A program made the translations under genes and the position numbers. Of a stretch of DNA of 64,000 bases, positions 16,847 through 26,721 are shown one piece after another. The notes beneath the pieces were generated by a model, which was not told the DNA's origin, made no database searches, and saw nothing but the letters and a program-made list of their open reading frames with translations. Position 1 is the first letter of the stretch, and each line of letters starts with the position of its first letter. The stretch comes from an uncultured delta proteobacterium (GTDB lineage Bacteria > Myxococcota > Myxococcia > Myxococcales > 40CM-4-68-19), in assembly GCA_903911145.1 (NCBI GenBank), contig CAIWCD010000007.1, positions 1 to 64,000 of the forward strand. Reading direction: 5' to 3'.

Positions 16847-18304
16847 ATGACGCGGATCGCGCGCGTGGGTTCGATTGCGTGCATCGCTTGCGCTCTCTTC
16901 GTCGCGCCTTCAGCTCGTGCAGATGCGGCCGATGCGTCGCATCCGCTGACGCTGCGCGAGCTTCAAGCGATGGCGCGCATGGCCGACCCGCGCGCGCGCA
17001 TCGCCTACGCGCAGCTCGAAGGGGCGCAGGGAAAACGCGACGAGGCGAACTGGATCTGGTTCCCGAATTTCCAGACGACGATCGCTGGCGGTGGCCCCAC
17101 GGCAGAGGCGCGGCTCAAGGGCGGCGACAACGATCCGAATCTGCAGAACGTCACAGACGGCACGAAGAAAGGTCTACTGGGAGGACAGTGGGGGGCGGCG
17201 GTGAACATCGACATCTCGGCGCAGCTGCCGCTCTACACGTTCGGGAAGATCGATGCGGGCAAGCGCGCCGCCGGTCATGGCGTCGAGGCGCGAAGTGCGC
17301 TGCTCGACGGCCAGCGAAACCAGGCGGCCTTCGATGTCGCGCGCGCCTACTGGAGCTACCAGACGACGCGCGATGCGGAGAAGTCGATCGACGAGATGCG
17401 CGATCGCATCGCGTCGGCGCGCAAGCAGGCGCAGGAGATGCTCGACGACAAGAGTGATCAGATCACGGCCGCCGACGCCGCGCGCCTCGACTACATCGCG
17501 GATGAGCTCGAGGCGCAGAGTGCGCAGGCGCTCGCGAACCAGCGTCTCGCTGAGGTGGCGCTCAAGCTGCTCGTGGGGCGCATGCCGGAGGAGCCGCTCG
17601 ACGTCGCGCGCGAGACGGTGCCGATGCCGCCGGAGATGCCGTCGCTCGAGTCTCTCCTCGAGAAGGCGCGCGGGCTGCGCCCCGATCTGCGCGCGGCGGC
17701 CGAGAACGTCGCGGCCCACGAGGCGCTGCTCGATCTCGAGAAGGCGAACTACTACCCGGACCTCGCGCTCGTCGGCGGCTTCAACTTCACCGACACGAGC
17801 AATGCGTCGAGTCCCAACAACGCGCCGTTCGCCTACGACCCGTACCACGCGCTCGGCGGCTACCTGGCCTTCGCGCTGCGGGGGTCGTTCGACATTCCGC
17901 AGAAGATGGCGCGCGTGAGGCAGGTCGCGGCCGGACTGCACGAGGCGCAGGCAACGCAGGTCGGCGCAGAGCGGTTGGTGCGTCTGGAGATTGAGCAGGC
18001 GCTCGGCGATCTGCTCTCGGCGCGCGGCCGTTCGATCCACTACGTGAGCGGCGCGGCGCGGGCGAAGAGGCTGCTCATCAAGGGCGCGCTTGCGCTCGAC
18101 AGCGGACTCGGGCAGGCGTTCGACATGATGATCGACGCCCTGCTCTATTCGCGCGCCGAGGGGGAGCGGCTCAAGTCGCTGCTCGACGCGCAGATCGCGT
18201 GGGCGGGCCTCGAGCGCGCGGTCGGGCAGGAGATCGTCCAGAGCAGGCCTGTCGCGGTCGAGAGCGTTCCGGAGAGTGCGACCAAGAAGGCCGCAACGCA
18301 TTGA
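16847..18304 (+). CDS. TolC-family outer membrane protein
   Basis: Signal peptide ending ARADA; two OEP-like repeats ('QLPLYTFGKI', 'RPDLRAA...YYPDLALVG'). Start uncertain (16724-16847). Confidence 0.8.
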   Translation: MTRIARVGSIACIACALFVAPSARADAADASHPLTLRELQAMARMADPRARIAYAQLEGAQGKRDEANWIWFPNFQTTIAGGGPTAEARLKGGDNDPNLQNVTDGTKKGLLGGQWGAAVNIDISAQLPLYTFGKIDAGKRAAGHGVEARSALLDGQRNQAAFDVARAYWSYQTTRDAEKSIDEMRDRIASARKQAQEMLDDKSDQITAADAARLDYIADELEAQSAQALANQRLAEVALKLLVGRMPEEPLDVARETVPMPPEMPSLESLLEKARGLRPDLRAAAENVAAHEALLDLEKANYYPDLALVGGFNFTDTSNASSPNNAPFAYDPYHALGGYLAFALRGSFDIPQKMARVRQVAAGLHEAQATQVGAERLVRLEIEQALGDLLSARGRSIHYVSGAARAKRLLIKGALALDSGLGQAFDMMIDALLYSRAEGERLKSLLDAQIAWAGLERAVGQEIVQSRPVAVESVPESATKKAATH

Positions 18305-18359
18305 TGATCGCAGTGAAGAGAGCGGCGCAGCTCAACGGCGCAGCACGAAGGAGGAGTCG

Positions 18360-19100
18360 ATGACGACCAGCATCGGTGAGCAGCAGAGCCACTCGGCGAA
18401 GTCGAAGCGTGCGTCGCTTGCAACGACGACACGCAGCGCAGTGCAGCGCGCAGCGGGAGTCATCGCGCTGCTCGGGCTGCTCATGATTGCGCATCCTGCG
18501 ATGGCTGCGGCCGGTCCCTCGACGGCAGCGATCAAGAGCGCGAACGATTCGATCCGCGTTGCGCTCAAGAAAATGGTCGCGGCGCGCGGCACGGCTGGCT
18601 GGGCCACGGCCCGCAACGAAGCGCGCGATGCGGTTGGCACGCTGCTCGACTTCGAGGCACTCGCGAAGAGCACGCTGGGCGCGCACTGGGACGAGCTCAA
18701 GGCCCCCGAGCGCACCCGCTACGTCTCGGCGATCCGCAGCGCGATGGAGGCGAACTATCTGACGCGCATGCAGGGCAAGGTCTCGCTCGACGAGGTGAAG
18801 GTCGACTATCTCGGCGAGGAGCCGAAGGGGTCGAGCACGCTGGTCCACACGCACTTCGGCTATGGCTCCGACGGAGCGAAGCTCGACTTCGTGATGGCGG
18901 CCGAGAAGAACAAGAAGCCGCGTGCCATCGACGTGATCACTGAAGAGGTCAGCCTCGCGGAGACGTACCAGGAGCAGATCGCGCAGCTCTGGCCGAAGAA
19001 GGGGATCGACGGCGTGACGGCCGCATTCGAGAAGAAGGCCAAGCGGCTCGAGGCCGATCTCGAGGCGGCGCAGGCGGCAGGCGCGGCGGCGCCAAAGTAG
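18360..19100 (+). CDS. MlaC/Ttg2D (HpnM-like) periplasmic lipid-binding protein
   Basis: 'LLDFEALAKSTLGAHWDEL...R..Y', 'IDVITEEVSLAETYQEQI'; AGGAGGAG RBS before ATG 18360. Confidence 0.8.
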   Translation: MTTSIGEQQSHSAKSKRASLATTTRSAVQRAAGVIALLGLLMIAHPAMAAAGPSTAAIKSANDSIRVALKKMVAARGTAGWATARNEARDAVGTLLDFEALAKSTLGAHWDELKAPERTRYVSAIRSAMEANYLTRMQGKVSLDEVKVDYLGEEPKGSSTLVHTHFGYGSDGAKLDFVMAAEKNKKPRAIDVITEEVSLAETYQEQIAQLWPKKGIDGVTAAFEKKAKRLEADLEAAQAAGAAAPK

Positions 19101-19150
19101 CGCGAATCAATTCTGCGCTTGCTGGGAGCGGCCGCGCGCATGCTGTTCGA

Positions 19151-19178
19151 TTGACACGCGGTCCCAGCGCATTACGTT
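19151..19178 (+). promoter_or_regulatory. Putative sigma70 promoter
   Basis: TTGACA (19151-19156), 16 bp, TACGTT (19173-19178). Confidence 0.45.
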
Positions 19179-19209
19179 GCAAGCCCTTCACTCACTCTCC
19201 GAGGTCACC

Positions 19210-19740
19210 ATGTATCGCTACTTCGCCTACGGCTCGACTCTCTCCAAGCGCCACATCGGTGAGTGGGCTGCCGAGCACGGCGTCGACGCCCGCCTCTTCG
19301 CGCGGGGCGTTCCAGCGGTGCTGCGCGGATACAAGCTGCAGTTTGACGTCGAGAGCCGCTTCTGGGGCGGGCGCGTGGCGAATCTGAAAGAGGACACGAA
19401 AGGCGCCGTGCACGGCGTGCTCTTCGAGATCATGCCGATGGCGAAGGACGGCGTCCTGCGCAAGGAGGGCGTGCCGACGGGCCTCTCGCAGGAGATCGAC
19501 GTGACTGTCGAAGCCGAGGGCAAGCCTGTTGCGGCCAAGGCGTTCGTCGCGCGCGCCGAGAAGCGCGGCGAGCCGGGGCCTGCGAGCGGGCGGCTCTTGA
19601 ACTATCTGATCGAGGGCGCCGAGGAGCGCGGGCTGCCGGCAGAGTGGATCGCGGAGCTCAAGACGCACCAGGCGGCCGCGACGGTGAGCGCGCCCGCGCC
19701 GGGTCCGGTCGGTCTGAAGATCGACGTCAAGCGCACGTAG
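19210..19740 (+). CDS. Gamma-glutamylcyclotransferase-family (AIG2-like) protein
   Basis: 'YFAYGS', 'GYKLQF...WGGRVANL...VHGVLFE', 'KEG', 'YLIEGAEERGLP..WI'. Confidence 0.85.
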   Translation: MYRYFAYGSTLSKRHIGEWAAEHGVDARLFARGVPAVLRGYKLQFDVESRFWGGRVANLKEDTKGAVHGVLFEIMPMAKDGVLRKEGVPTGLSQEIDVTVEAEGKPVAAKAFVARAEKRGEPGPASGRLLNYLIEGAEERGLPAEWIAELKTHQAAATVSAPAPGPVGLKIDVKRT

Positions 19741-19918
19741 CGCCTGCACCTGTTGCGCGCGAGTTGCCCCGCGCCTGTTGCGCGCAGGTTGCGGCGAGCG
19801 GCGGCGATCGTCCGTCCGCCCACAGACCGACTCTCAACCGCACTGCCGCGTGACAGCGTTCATCGCGCGCGCAGGCCGTCTACGCGCGCACGTTCACTGC
19901 AGCCCAAAGAGGTTCTCC

Positions 19919-22894
19919 ATGCGACAGCTCGCGACTCTCTCCGCTCAACGCACGCGCATCCTGCCCTTGCTGCTCGCGGCGCCGCTGCTCTTCGCCTGCA
20001 CTTCGCACCTCTCGATCTTCAATCCCGGCGGCAGTGACGGCGGCGTCGATGGAGGAACCGACGGCGGCACGGACGGTGGAGCGGGAGATGGTGGCAGCGG
20101 CGCGGTATCGATCCGCATCGAGGAGCTGAGCGCAGATGCAGGCCTCGTCACATTGTCGGTCGGCAACCACCTCTCGCTGCACGTCCTCGCGCGCGACAGT
20201 GCGGGCGGCGAGAGCGATGTCACCGCGCACTCCACGCTGGCCAGCAGCAACACGGCAGTGGCGTCGATCGTCGGCGGCCAGCCACCGCAGCTGCTCGGCA
20301 ACGCGCCCGGCATCGCCATCGTCTCGGCCTCGCTCCCCGTCACCGGAGGCAGTCCGCTTACGGCGCAGGGATCGATTCGGATCCTCTCGGGCATCCCGCT
20401 CACCACCACGGCCGTCCAGATCGCGCCCGCCACGCTGACGCTCGCAGCGGGCCTCCGCGCACAGCTCTCGGCGAACGCGACCGAGTCGGACGGGTCGCAG
20501 CTCACCGTCACGTCGCTCGCGGATTGGAGCACGAACGACAGCGCGCACTGCACGGTCGACAACAGCTCGGTCAAGGGACTCGTCACCGCAGTCGCGGCAG
20601 GAAGCTGCACCATCACCGCGAGCTACGGCGGGCAGTCGGGGACATCGGCGGTCACGATCAGCGCACTCACGGCCACCGCGCTCTCGGTCTCGCCCTCGAC
20701 GGCGCAGGTGCCCAAAGGCGCAACCACGCAGCTCGCGGCAACAGCGACGCTCTCGGATGGAAGCGCCGTCGACGCGACCAACTCCGCCGTGTGGAGCAGT
20801 GGAGCAACCGCGACCGCGACAGTGGCGAACGGGCTGGTCACTGGGGTCGCGACCGGGCAGACCACCATCACCGCTGCGCTCTCCTCGCTCTCGGCAACCG
20901 CCCAGCTCACCGTCTCTGCTGCGACGCTCACGACGATCTCAGTCTCGCCTGCGCAGGCCTCGGTCGCGGCGGGGGAAGCCGCGCAGTTCGTCGCCACTGC
21001 CGTCTACAGCGACTCGACCACGTCCGACATCACGGCCCACGCGACCTGGACGAGCAGCAATGCCTCCGTCGCGCAGCAGGCCAGCAACGTGAACGCCAGC
21101 GGACCCGCGAGCCCCGGCCTCATCGACGCGCTCACCCCTGGCCAGTCGACCATCTCGGCCACGCTGGGCGCGGTCTCGGGCAGCGCGCTCATCACCGTCA
21201 CGAACGCAACCGCAAAGCAGATCACCATCTCGCCATCTCCCATCACGCTGCCCGCTGGCGTCTCGCAGCAGATCTCGGCGAACGCGACCTTCAGCGACGG
21301 CACGTCACGCGACGTCACCAGCAGTGTGACCTGGCACCTCGGCAACGCGACCTACGCGACCATCAGCGGCGCAGGCCTGCTCACCGGGACTGCCGCCGGC
21401 TCGACCACCCTGACCGCGACGCTCTCGGGCGTGAGCGCCACCGCGAACGTGACCATCACCCAGGCGCAGCTCGTGCAGATCCTCATCTCGCCGCAGAACT
21501 CGGCCATCGCCGTCGGCAGCACGCAGCAGCTCAGCGCGACGGGAATCTATGGTGACAATTCACTGCAAGATGTCACATCGCTCGCGACCTGGACGACGAG
21601 TTCGAGCGCGATCGCGGGCATCTCGAATGCCGCCGGATCGCGCGGAGTGGCCACTGGCGCGGGCGCGGGCACTGCCCAGATCACGGCAGCGCTTGCCGGC
21701 ATCACCAGCGGCCCCGCGTCGATCACCGTGAGTGCAGCAACGCTCAGCTCGATCTCGATCAATCCGCGGCAGATGCTGACGACCGTCTACATCACGCAGC
21801 CGCTGCAAGTGATCGCGCGCTACGCCGATGGGAGCCAGGTCGATGTCACCACGCAGGCGCTCTACTCCTCGGCCGATGCGACCGTGGCCTCGGTGGTCGC
21901 GGCGGGAGCCGGTGCTGGCCAGGTCACGGGAGTGGGCTCCGGTCGCACGACGGTCACCGCGAGCTTCAGCGGGCAGAGCGCGACGACGCAGGTAAACGTG
22001 GTCCCCGCGACGCTCCAGTCGATCACGGTCGATATCGCAGGCAACCGCGGCGGAGGCCCGGGAGGTCCCGGCGGGCCTGGCGGCGGCACCTCGAACATCG
22101 AGGTCGGGCAGAGCGTGCAGCTGCGCGCGACCGCACAGTTCCAGGGCGCGCCGCGCGGCATCGACGTGACGACGCTGGTGACTTGGAGCAGCAGCAACAC
22201 CGCCGTCGGGCAGTTCATCGCGACGCCGAGCGGGCTCTTCACCGCGCTGGCCACGGGCACCAGCACGGCCACGGCCACGCTCAACGGAGTGTCGGGAACG
22301 CTCGACCTCACGGTCACGTCGGCGACGCCCGTGAGCATCGCGGTGGTGCAGAGCGCAGTCTCGCTGCCGACGGGAGTCACGCACGCGCTCATCGCGGTCG
22401 CAACCTATGCGGACCAGAGCACGCAGGATGTGACCTATGCGGCGACCTGGACGAGCGACAACAACGCGGCCGCGATCGTCAGCGACACAGGCACGCAGAA
22501 GGGTCTCGTCACTGCAGTGGCAGCGGGAACGGCGCACGTCACGGCGACGCTCGGAAACATCTCAGGCCATTCGACGGTCACCGTCGCGGCTCTCACCGCC
22601 ACCGCGATCTCGGTCACGCCGGTCAACCCGGTCGTCAATGCGGGCGGCCAGGGTGGCGGTCCGGGCGGTCCTCGCGGCACACAGACGCCGTTCTATGCGA
22701 CGGCGCAGTTCAGCGACGGAAGCCTCCAGGACGTGACGCAGTCGGCGGTCTGGACGTCGAGCGATCCATCGGTTGCGACCATCAGCGATCGGACTGGCAC
22801 GCGAGGTGTCGCAAGCATCGTCGGGACCGGGAGCACGACGATCACGGCGACGTTCCGAGGACTGACGGGGGATTCGCAGCTCACCTCGCGCTGA
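19919..22894 (+). CDS. Surface lipoprotein with ~10 tandem bacterial Ig-like (Big_2) repeats
   Basis: Lipobox LLFAC, DGG linker, ten ~85-90-aa repeats with pattern 'I.V.P..G...QL.ATA.YSDGS..DVT..A.W.SS...VA......G...G...G...ITA'. Confidence 0.88.
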   Translation: MRQLATLSAQRTRILPLLLAAPLLFACTSHLSIFNPGGSDGGVDGGTDGGTDGGAGDGGSGAVSIRIEELSADAGLVTLSVGNHLSLHVLARDSAGGESDVTAHSTLASSNTAVASIVGGQPPQLLGNAPGIAIVSASLPVTGGSPLTAQGSIRILSGIPLTTTAVQIAPATLTLAAGLRAQLSANATESDGSQLTVTSLADWSTNDSAHCTVDNSSVKGLVTAVAAGSCTITASYGGQSGTSAVTISALTATALSVSPSTAQVPKGATTQLAATATLSDGSAVDATNSAVWSSGATATATVANGLVTGVATGQTTITAALSSLSATAQLTVSAATLTTISVSPAQASVAAGEAAQFVATAVYSDSTTSDITAHATWTSSNASVAQQASNVNASGPASPGLIDALTPGQSTISATLGAVSGSALITVTNATAKQITISPSPITLPAGVSQQISANATFSDGTSRDVTSSVTWHLGNATYATISGAGLLTGTAAGSTTLTATLSGVSATANVTITQAQLVQILISPQNSAIAVGSTQQLSATGIYGDNSLQDVTSLATWTTSSSAIAGISNAAGSRGVATGAGAGTAQITAALAGITSGPASITVSAATLSSISINPRQMLTTVYITQPLQVIARYADGSQVDVTTQALYSSADATVASVVAAGAGAGQVTGVGSGRTTVTASFSGQSATTQVNVVPATLQSITVDIAGNRGGGPGGPGGPGGGTSNIEVGQSVQLRATAQFQGAPRGIDVTTLVTWSSSNTAVGQFIATPSGLFTALATGTSTATATLNGVSGTLDLTVTSATPVSIAVVQSAVSLPTGVTHALIAVATYADQSTQDVTYAATWTSDNNAAAIVSDTGTQKGLVTAVAAGTAHVTATLGNISGHSTVTVAALTATAISVTPVNPVVNAGGQGGGPGGPRGTQTPFYATAQFSDGSLQDVTQSAVWTSSDPSVATISDRTGTRGVASIVGTGSTTITATFRGLTGDSQLTSR

Positions 22895-22899
22895 GAGGG

Positions 22900-23508
22900 A
22901 TGGCGATGCAGCCGACGACAGAGACCCTGCCCGAGGCGCTCGTGCTGCTCGCGTGGCGGAACGGAAAGCGTCTGCCGATCGCCTCGGTCGGAATCCAGAC
23001 CGGGTGCGCGCTGCTGCTTGAGCTCTCGTTGCGCGGGAGGATCCGCATCACGGACAGCGTCGAATTGCTGCGTCCAGAGCCGACGCGGCACGAGGCGCTC
23101 GACGAGGCGCTTCACGAGATCGTCAGCGCACCGCGCGCAACCACTCTCTCGTGGATTCGCAATCTATCGATCCTCGCGGAAGCGGGAGCGATGCGTCGTC
23201 TTGAAGCGGCGGGTGCGCTGCCAAGCGAGCTTCTTCCGGTTGGCGTCGAGCGGCGAACCCAACTCGAAGCGCAGCTGCGCGCGGTGCTGTTTGGTGGCGC
23301 CGCACCCGACGCACGAGTTCTCTACCTGCTCGGCATCCAGCACGCGTTCTCGAGCGAAAAAGCGCTCTGGAACGACGAGGCGGCGCAAGCGAGCACGCGC
23401 AGCGAACAGCTGCTTCGACACGAGCTGCTCGCGGCGCTGATCGGCGAAGAGAACGCCCAGTCGCTTGCCAGCATCGTCGCGGCGGCGAAGCTGATCGTGA
23501 ATTCGTAG
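22900..23508 (+). CDS. GPP34 (GOLPH3/VPS74-like) family protein
   Basis: 'TLPEALVLLA', 'A.LLELSLRGRI', 'PT....LDEAL..I', 'LRAVL.G...PD.R...LL'; starts 6 bp after the Ig-repeat gene. Confidence 0.7.
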   Translation: MAMQPTTETLPEALVLLAWRNGKRLPIASVGIQTGCALLLELSLRGRIRITDSVELLRPEPTRHEALDEALHEIVSAPRATTLSWIRNLSILAEAGAMRRLEAAGALPSELLPVGVERRTQLEAQLRAVLFGGAAPDARVLYLLGIQHAFSSEKALWNDEAAQASTRSEQLLRHELLAALIGEENAQSLASIVAAAKLIVNS

Positions 23509-25833
23509 CTACGCGTAGCCCCAGCGCCTTCGCAGCAGCCACTCGCTGCCGACGACCAGGCAGAGCGCAAGCAGCACCAGCCAGGTGTCCCAGAGCGGAC
23601 GCGTCGTGCGCTGGCCGACCTCGACGCGATTCGGATCGTGGAACGGCAAAGCGGTGAGCGAGTCACTCTCCGAAATGCGCGCGCCGCCCGTCGCCTTCGC
23701 AAGAGCCTCAAGCAGCTCGGGCCGCGGCGAGACATCCTCGAGTTCTGCTCCCGACGGCGCAACGACAAACGCCTCTTCCGCCGTGCCCGCGACCTGTCCG
23801 TTCGCCCCGCGTGCGATGACCTGCGCGCGATACGCTCCCGCAGGAAGCGCAGGCAGCTGCACGGTCGCGTTTCCATCCGCACCCGCGATCGGCCCCGCGA
23901 ACGGAGCCGAGGCACCGCTTGCACCAGAGAAGAGCTGGACCGAAAGCGCTGCACCCGCAGAAGCTCCGTAGTCGCTGCCACGCACCTGCGCATCGAGCTG
24001 GATCGGCTCGCCGGGTTCGTACACTGCGCGCTCCGCATGCAGCCTCATCGGCGTCAATGCCGGATCGCGCACCAGCCAGCGAATCGCCGCATGCCAGAAG
24101 CTCTCGTACGCGCGCGGCCCGAGCTCCTCTCCCGCCGCGACGAGACTCCACATCCAGCTCGAATCGGTGAGCAGCGCCATCGATCGCCCCTGCCCTGCTT
24201 CGCCGACCACCAGCGCGGGCCGACCATCGCTCGACTGCAGCAGCACCTGCGCGTTCGCGCGCAGACCCGCGATGGTGTTGAGCCCCGGCAGCTTCGGCAG
24301 GCCCGCCCAGAGCGCCGCGTTCTGCGCCGCTCCCGGCAACAGCTCGGTGATCGGGTGGCGCTTTCCCGCATCGCCGAGCTGCAGCTGCAGCGGCATTTCA
24401 TCGATGGTCGGCTCGCCCGGCGCAGGCAGCACGACCGGAAGAATCTCCTCGAGCGGACTTCCCGAATAGTCGCCCGCACCGAAGCTCTGGTCGCCACCGA
24501 TCATCGCGAACGCACCGCCCTCGCGAATGTAGGAAGCGATGCCGTCGAGGTATTGCGACATGCGATAGGGCCGGTGATTGAAGTTCTGGAAGATCACCAG
24601 ATCGAACGTGCGCAGCTGCTCCTGGAAGATCTCGTTGGTCGGAAAGGGAATCAGCGAGAGCTCGTCCTGCGACGAGTGGGAATCGTCGCCCGGCGTGCGC
24701 AAGATGAAGAAGCTGATCAGATCGACGTTCGGATCCTTCTTCAAGAGCTGGCGCAGAAAACGCTCGTCCCACGAGGGACGGCCGACCACTTGAAGAACGC
24801 GGACGCGATCGCGGATGACGTTGAGCACGAACGACTTCGCGTTGTTCTCGACGATCGCTTCGCCATCGTAGACCGGCACGGAAACGGTGAACGCGAACTT
24901 GCCGGTGCGGTCCGGAACGAAGGTGAGCTCGGCCTCGGTGAAAGGAACTTTCTCGTCGATGAGCACGCGCTGCTCGGCGATCACCTGCCCTTCGCGCTTG
25001 AGCGTCAGCGGAACCATCTGGTGCGCAAAGCCGCGCGCAGCAAGGCGCACAGCGATTTTCACCGGACTGCGCACGAACGCGAAATCGTCGACGCGCACGC
25101 GCTCGAGCGCGAGATCCTTGATCGCAGTCGCGCCGATCGGCAGCGCGAAGACCGGCGCCGCGAGCTGCTGCAACTGCTCCTGCGCCTTCTTGTTCATCCC
25201 CTCAGCGAGCGACGCGTTGTCGGCACCATCGGAGGCGATCACCAGACCCGCGAGAGGACGACCACCGCTGCCCGATTTCGCAGCCGCAGCCAGAGACGAG
25301 AGCAGATCGGTCGCGTTGCCTGCGGCGAGTTGCTCGAGTTGCTGCGCGTGGGCAGCGCCCGTCGTCGCATTCAGAGCAAGCAGCTTGGGCGCATCCTGCG
25401 GCTCAATCTCCTTGTCGAATCCGTAGAGATCGATCTGGAAGCGCGACGAGAGTTCACGCAACTCGGGCTGCTTCGCGGCGAACCAGCGCAGGAGCGCGTC
25501 CATGCGCGAGACCTGTGCGCTTCCACTCGAGGCGGGCTGCGCGGCGAAGCGCATCGACTTCGACGTGTCGAGCAACATCGCGATCCGCGCACGCACGCGC
25601 GTCTCCGCCCGCAACTCGAGACCTGGCTCGAGCACCAGCGCGAAGACGAGCAGGCACGCGAGCGCGCGCAAGGTCGTGAGCAGCGCGCGTTTGCCGCGCG
25701 AGGGTTCACCGACGGTCCCGCGCGTGCTCAGCCAGAGCGCGGCGAGCAGCGCAAGGCCGATCAGGCCGAGCGCGTACGAAGGAAGATTCGTCAGCGCAGT
25801 CAGGCGCCACGCGTTGTAGGCGGGCCCGTTCAT
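23509..25833 (-). CDS. Membrane-anchored vWA / glutamine-amidotransferase-like domain protein
   Basis: N-terminal TM pair; MIDAS-like 'LLDTSKSM', 'TDL', 'SDGADN'; GATase-like 'GGAFAMIGGDQSFGAGDY'; C-terminal 'EWLLRRRWG'. Start at MNGPAY (25833) overlaps the upstream stop. Confidence 0.8.
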   Translation of the reverse strand: MNGPAYNAWRLTALTNLPSYALGLIGLALLAALWLSTRGTVGEPSRGKRALLTTLRALACLLVFALVLEPGLELRAETRVRARIAMLLDTSKSMRFAAQPASSGSAQVSRMDALLRWFAAKQPELRELSSRFQIDLYGFDKEIEPQDAPKLLALNATTGAAHAQQLEQLAAGNATDLLSSLAAAAKSGSGGRPLAGLVIASDGADNASLAEGMNKKAQEQLQQLAAPVFALPIGATAIKDLALERVRVDDFAFVRSPVKIAVRLAARGFAHQMVPLTLKREGQVIAEQRVLIDEKVPFTEAELTFVPDRTGKFAFTVSVPVYDGEAIVENNAKSFVLNVIRDRVRVLQVVGRPSWDERFLRQLLKKDPNVDLISFFILRTPGDDSHSSQDELSLIPFPTNEIFQEQLRTFDLVIFQNFNHRPYRMSQYLDGIASYIREGGAFAMIGGDQSFGAGDYSGSPLEEILPVVLPAPGEPTIDEMPLQLQLGDAGKRHPITELLPGAAQNAALWAGLPKLPGLNTIAGLRANAQVLLQSSDGRPALVVGEAGQGRSMALLTDSSWMWSLVAAGEELGPRAYESFWHAAIRWLVRDPALTPMRLHAERAVYEPGEPIQLDAQVRGSDYGASAGAALSVQLFSGASGASAPFAGPIAGADGNATVQLPALPAGAYRAQVIARGANGQVAGTAEEAFVVAPSGAELEDVSPRPELLEALAKATGGARISESDSLTALPFHDPNRVEVGQRTTRPLWDTWLVLLALCLVVGSEWLLRRRWGYA

Positions 25834-26603
25834 ATGCGCCGCCGCTTCATGATGAACGGGATGTGAACCTGGTCCTCCTTGTAGTCGAGGCACATCGAGT
25901 ACATCACCAGATTCACGCCAAGCCGGATCGCGTGCTCGCGCTGCGGCTCGCCGCCCGGCGTCGCATCGAACTCCCAGCTGCCGTAGGGATCGCGGGCGAG
26001 TGCGCCGAGCAGATCGTTGCCGCAGAGCACGACGGCGAGGCGTCCGCCGAGCTCGATCCCGAAGAGCTCCGGCGCAACCGCCGCGCGGCCCACCGGCTCG
26101 CTGAGCAGATAGAACGATTTGTAGAGCACGTGATCGCGCGGGATGGCCTTGAGCTGCGCGCCAGGAAGGGCCGCCGCGACGAGCGCGCGGGCTGACTGCT
26201 CGAACGGACCTTGCGGAGTCGCGCTGGCATCGTCGATGAAGAGAAATCCGCCGTAGCTCAGGTAGCGGCGCAGGCCTGCGAGCTCCGCGTCGGACGGCAT
26301 CGGCACAGCCTGGTCGCTCGAGAGCACCGCGAAGGGATGATGGAACAGCTCCGGATCGGCGAGCCCGAGCGGACGCACCTGCGGCGAGGTGTCGATCGAC
26401 GTGCGGCGCGAGATCTCCCACGACAGGCGCGGCAGACCTTCGGGGCGGACATCCCAGCGGCCGCCGTGCCGCAGGAGCGCAAACGAGAGACGCGAGGCCT
26501 CGCCGAAGGCTTCGGCCCGACGCGGGAGAGCCGCCACCAGAGCGGTCGCGAGCACGCCCTGGAGGAATCGCCGCCGCGAGGGCGTGGGGGAGTCGTCGTT
26601 CAC
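25830..26603 (-). CDS. DUF4159-domain protein with Tat signal
   Basis: 'SRRRFL' twin-arginine motif, 'LRRYLSYGGFLFIDD', 'HVLYKSFY', 'RLGVNLVMY.MCLDYKEDQVH'. Confidence 0.85.
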   Translation of the reverse strand: MNDDSPTPSRRRFLQGVLATALVAALPRRAEAFGEASRLSFALLRHGGRWDVRPEGLPRLSWEISRRTSIDTSPQVRPLGLADPELFHHPFAVLSSDQAVPMPSDAELAGLRRYLSYGGFLFIDDASATPQGPFEQSARALVAAALPGAQLKAIPRDHVLYKSFYLLSEPVGRAAVAPELFGIELGGRLAVVLCGNDLLGALARDPYGSWEFDATPGGEPQREHAIRLGVNLVMYSMCLDYKEDQVHIPFIMKRRRI

Positions 26604-26721
26604 GGGGCGCGCACCATACCAGTGGGTCAGCGGCCGGGAGCGGCCTTTGCATCGCATCGAACGGGAGAGAACAGCGCGGCGGTGCTGGAACTTCCCGGCC
26701 GCGCGCGCTATCGATGCGCCC

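Noticed and set aside
19884..19901. Possible sigma54 promoter before the Ig-repeat gene (CGCACGTTCACTGCA)
   Set aside because: Lacks the invariant GG at -24.
20030..22890. Repeated sequence resembling an array
   Set aside because: Repeats are degenerate protein-domain repeats (Big_2, DGG and GGP linkers), not CRISPR or nucleotide-level repeats.
25834..26652. Apparent N-terminal extension making a 1047-aa protein (23509-26652)
   Set aside because: The extension is an alternative frame of the DUF4159 gene; the real start is at 25833 with a normal 4-bp overlap, so there is no fusion or frameshift.
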